Shown here in pieces: positions 18,905 through 20,000 of a stretch of 20,000 nucleotides of DNA. The stretch is from contig MU053810.1 in NCBI GenBank assembly GCA_013239625.1, positions 731,432 through 751,431 of the forward strand. Direction: 5' to 3'. The position numbers and the translations under genes were made by a program. The notes under the pieces are model-generated. The model was not told the origin of the DNA and did not search any database. It saw nothing but the letters and a program-made list of their open reading frames with translations. The stretch comes from Lama guanicoe. Lineage: Eukaryota. How positions within the stretch are numbered: the first letter of the stretch is position 1; each line of letters opens with the position of its first letter.

Positions 18905-19272
18905 CCGTCTGCCTGGGCAGCCATAACCAAGTCCCACAGGCGTCTGCTTCCCACAGTTCTGGAGGCTGAAAGTCCAAGGTCAGGTGTCGGCAGGCTGGGC
19001 CCAGCTGAGGCCTCTCTCCAGGCCTTGGAGTTGGCTGCCCACTCGCTATTCCTCACGTGGCGTTTCCTCTGTGCGTTTGTTGGGGTGAGAAAGGATGCTC
19101 TGGTGTTGTCTTCTCTTCTTATAAGGACCCCAGCCCTATTAGATTAGGGCCCCACCCTAACGGTCTCATTTAACCTGGTTACATCCTTAAAGGCCCTGTC
19201 TTAAAATACAGCTACACTGGGGGTCATTTGGGGCTTCAGCATATGAATCTAGGGGACACAAATCATTCATAA
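18905..19272 (-). mobile_element. MaLR solo LTR, MLT1B-like
   Basis: gggcagccataacca...cacagttctggaggctgaaagtccaaggtcaggtg...cttataaggacccca...attagggccccaccct...gcttcagcatatgaatctaggggacaca. Confidence 0.9.
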
Positions 19273-19274
19273 GA

Positions 19275-19420
19275 GGATCTAAGAGACCCTCTAGCCCAGC
19301 CCCTTCATTTTACCGACAAGGACACTGAGGCTCAGAGAGGTTAAGTGCTTTGCCCAAGGTCACACAGCTGGCTAGCAGCACAGCCAGAACAGGAAGTCAG
19401 GCCTGTCATCCCCCCAGGCG
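19275..19420 (-). mobile_element. MIR SINE
   Basis: cttcattttaccgacaaggacactgaggctcagagaggttaagtgctttgcccaaggtcacacagctg. Confidence 0.9.
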
Positions 19421-19599
19421 TGTGGAATAAAGGCTGTCAAGGGTGTGTGTGGTGAGGCCTGCCCTCCAGTACCAGTCCTCTGTTTACATGAGAGACAAGA
19501 ACGGAGGGGGTCAGCCACCCCGAAACTGGAGGGATTTAGCTTAGACCTCAGAAAGGCTTCCTGTTTGAAAAAGTAGGGAGTCACTGCCAAGTGGCCAGT

Positions 19600-20000
19600 G
19601 GTGGTTACGGGGCCTCTCCCCGCGAAAACGGCAGAAAGTTTGACAGGGGCAGGGGAGTGGACTTGACTGCTTGGAGATGGATCCGCCTAGACTCGGGCGC
19701 CGCTGGTGACAGTTAGGAAGCTACTCAGCCGAAACCACCCAAATGCACAAGTCTTGCCAGGAGGAAACAGGCACACTGAAAAATCTCTCCGCGCATACCT
19801 TTGGCCCGGCAGCACGACCTCGGGGGTGAGGCCAGGGCCCGGGCCCTCGCAGGGCTGTTTACATTGGTTAGGCAACGCAGATAAGTGGCCTCGTTTGTGT
19901 TTGCAGAGGGGCCGACATTTGGCTGGGCAAGGTCAGGCCTGAGCTGGCCCGGGAGAGTGGGAAGCGGGCCTGGAGGTCAGGGGCTGGGGGAGGGGCCGGG
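19600..20000. promoter_or_regulatory. CpG-enriched, repeat-free candidate enhancer or promoter running off the window edge
   Basis: Raised CG content with clustered motifs: TGTTTAC, ATTGG, GGCAAC, AGATAAG, TGTTTG and GC-box-like ggggaggggc. Confidence 0.4.

Noticed and set aside
17304..18937. Cluster of 120-180 aa ORFs
   Set aside because: They overlap a MIR, an ERV1 LTR and GC-rich low-complexity DNA, with no coherent protein features.
1..20000. A novel prokaryote-style system (operon, CRISPR array, defence island)
   Set aside because: The window is mammalian intronic and intergenic DNA. It has no long ORFs, no operon structure and no repeat-spacer array.

Overview
This is mammalian genomic DNA, not prokaryotic. 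It is most likely camelid (alpaca or camel), based on a Vic-1-type tRNA-derived SINE at about 17098-17242 and a cetartiodactyl MER41-like ERV1 LTR. Positions 1-4351 look like the last intron of a + strand gene. Positions 4352 to about 5638 look like its terminal exon: branch point, polypyrimidine tract and AG, at most a short coding tail, a ~1.2 kb 3' UTR, then AATAAA at 5618 with UGUA elements and a GU-rich downstream element. I could not identify the gene. The remaining ~14 kb is GC-rich and repeat-dense: L2 and MIR fossils, MER5 DNA transposons, MLT1 and MLT2 solo LTRs, a nested L1 cluster, microsatellites and several CpG-rich patches. No ORF in the supplied track is a credible gene, and I see no evidence of a new multi-gene system. 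The most interesting signals are ancient repeats that have become CpG-rich (one L2 keeps an open reverse-transcriptase frame), a one-sided orientation of all LTR and L1 insertions, a candidate NF-kB plus AP-1/ARE enhancer, and a (GGGCCT)n G-quadruplex repeat. Repeat family calls come from remembered consensus sequences and boundaries are approximate; RepeatMasker/Dfam would confirm them.
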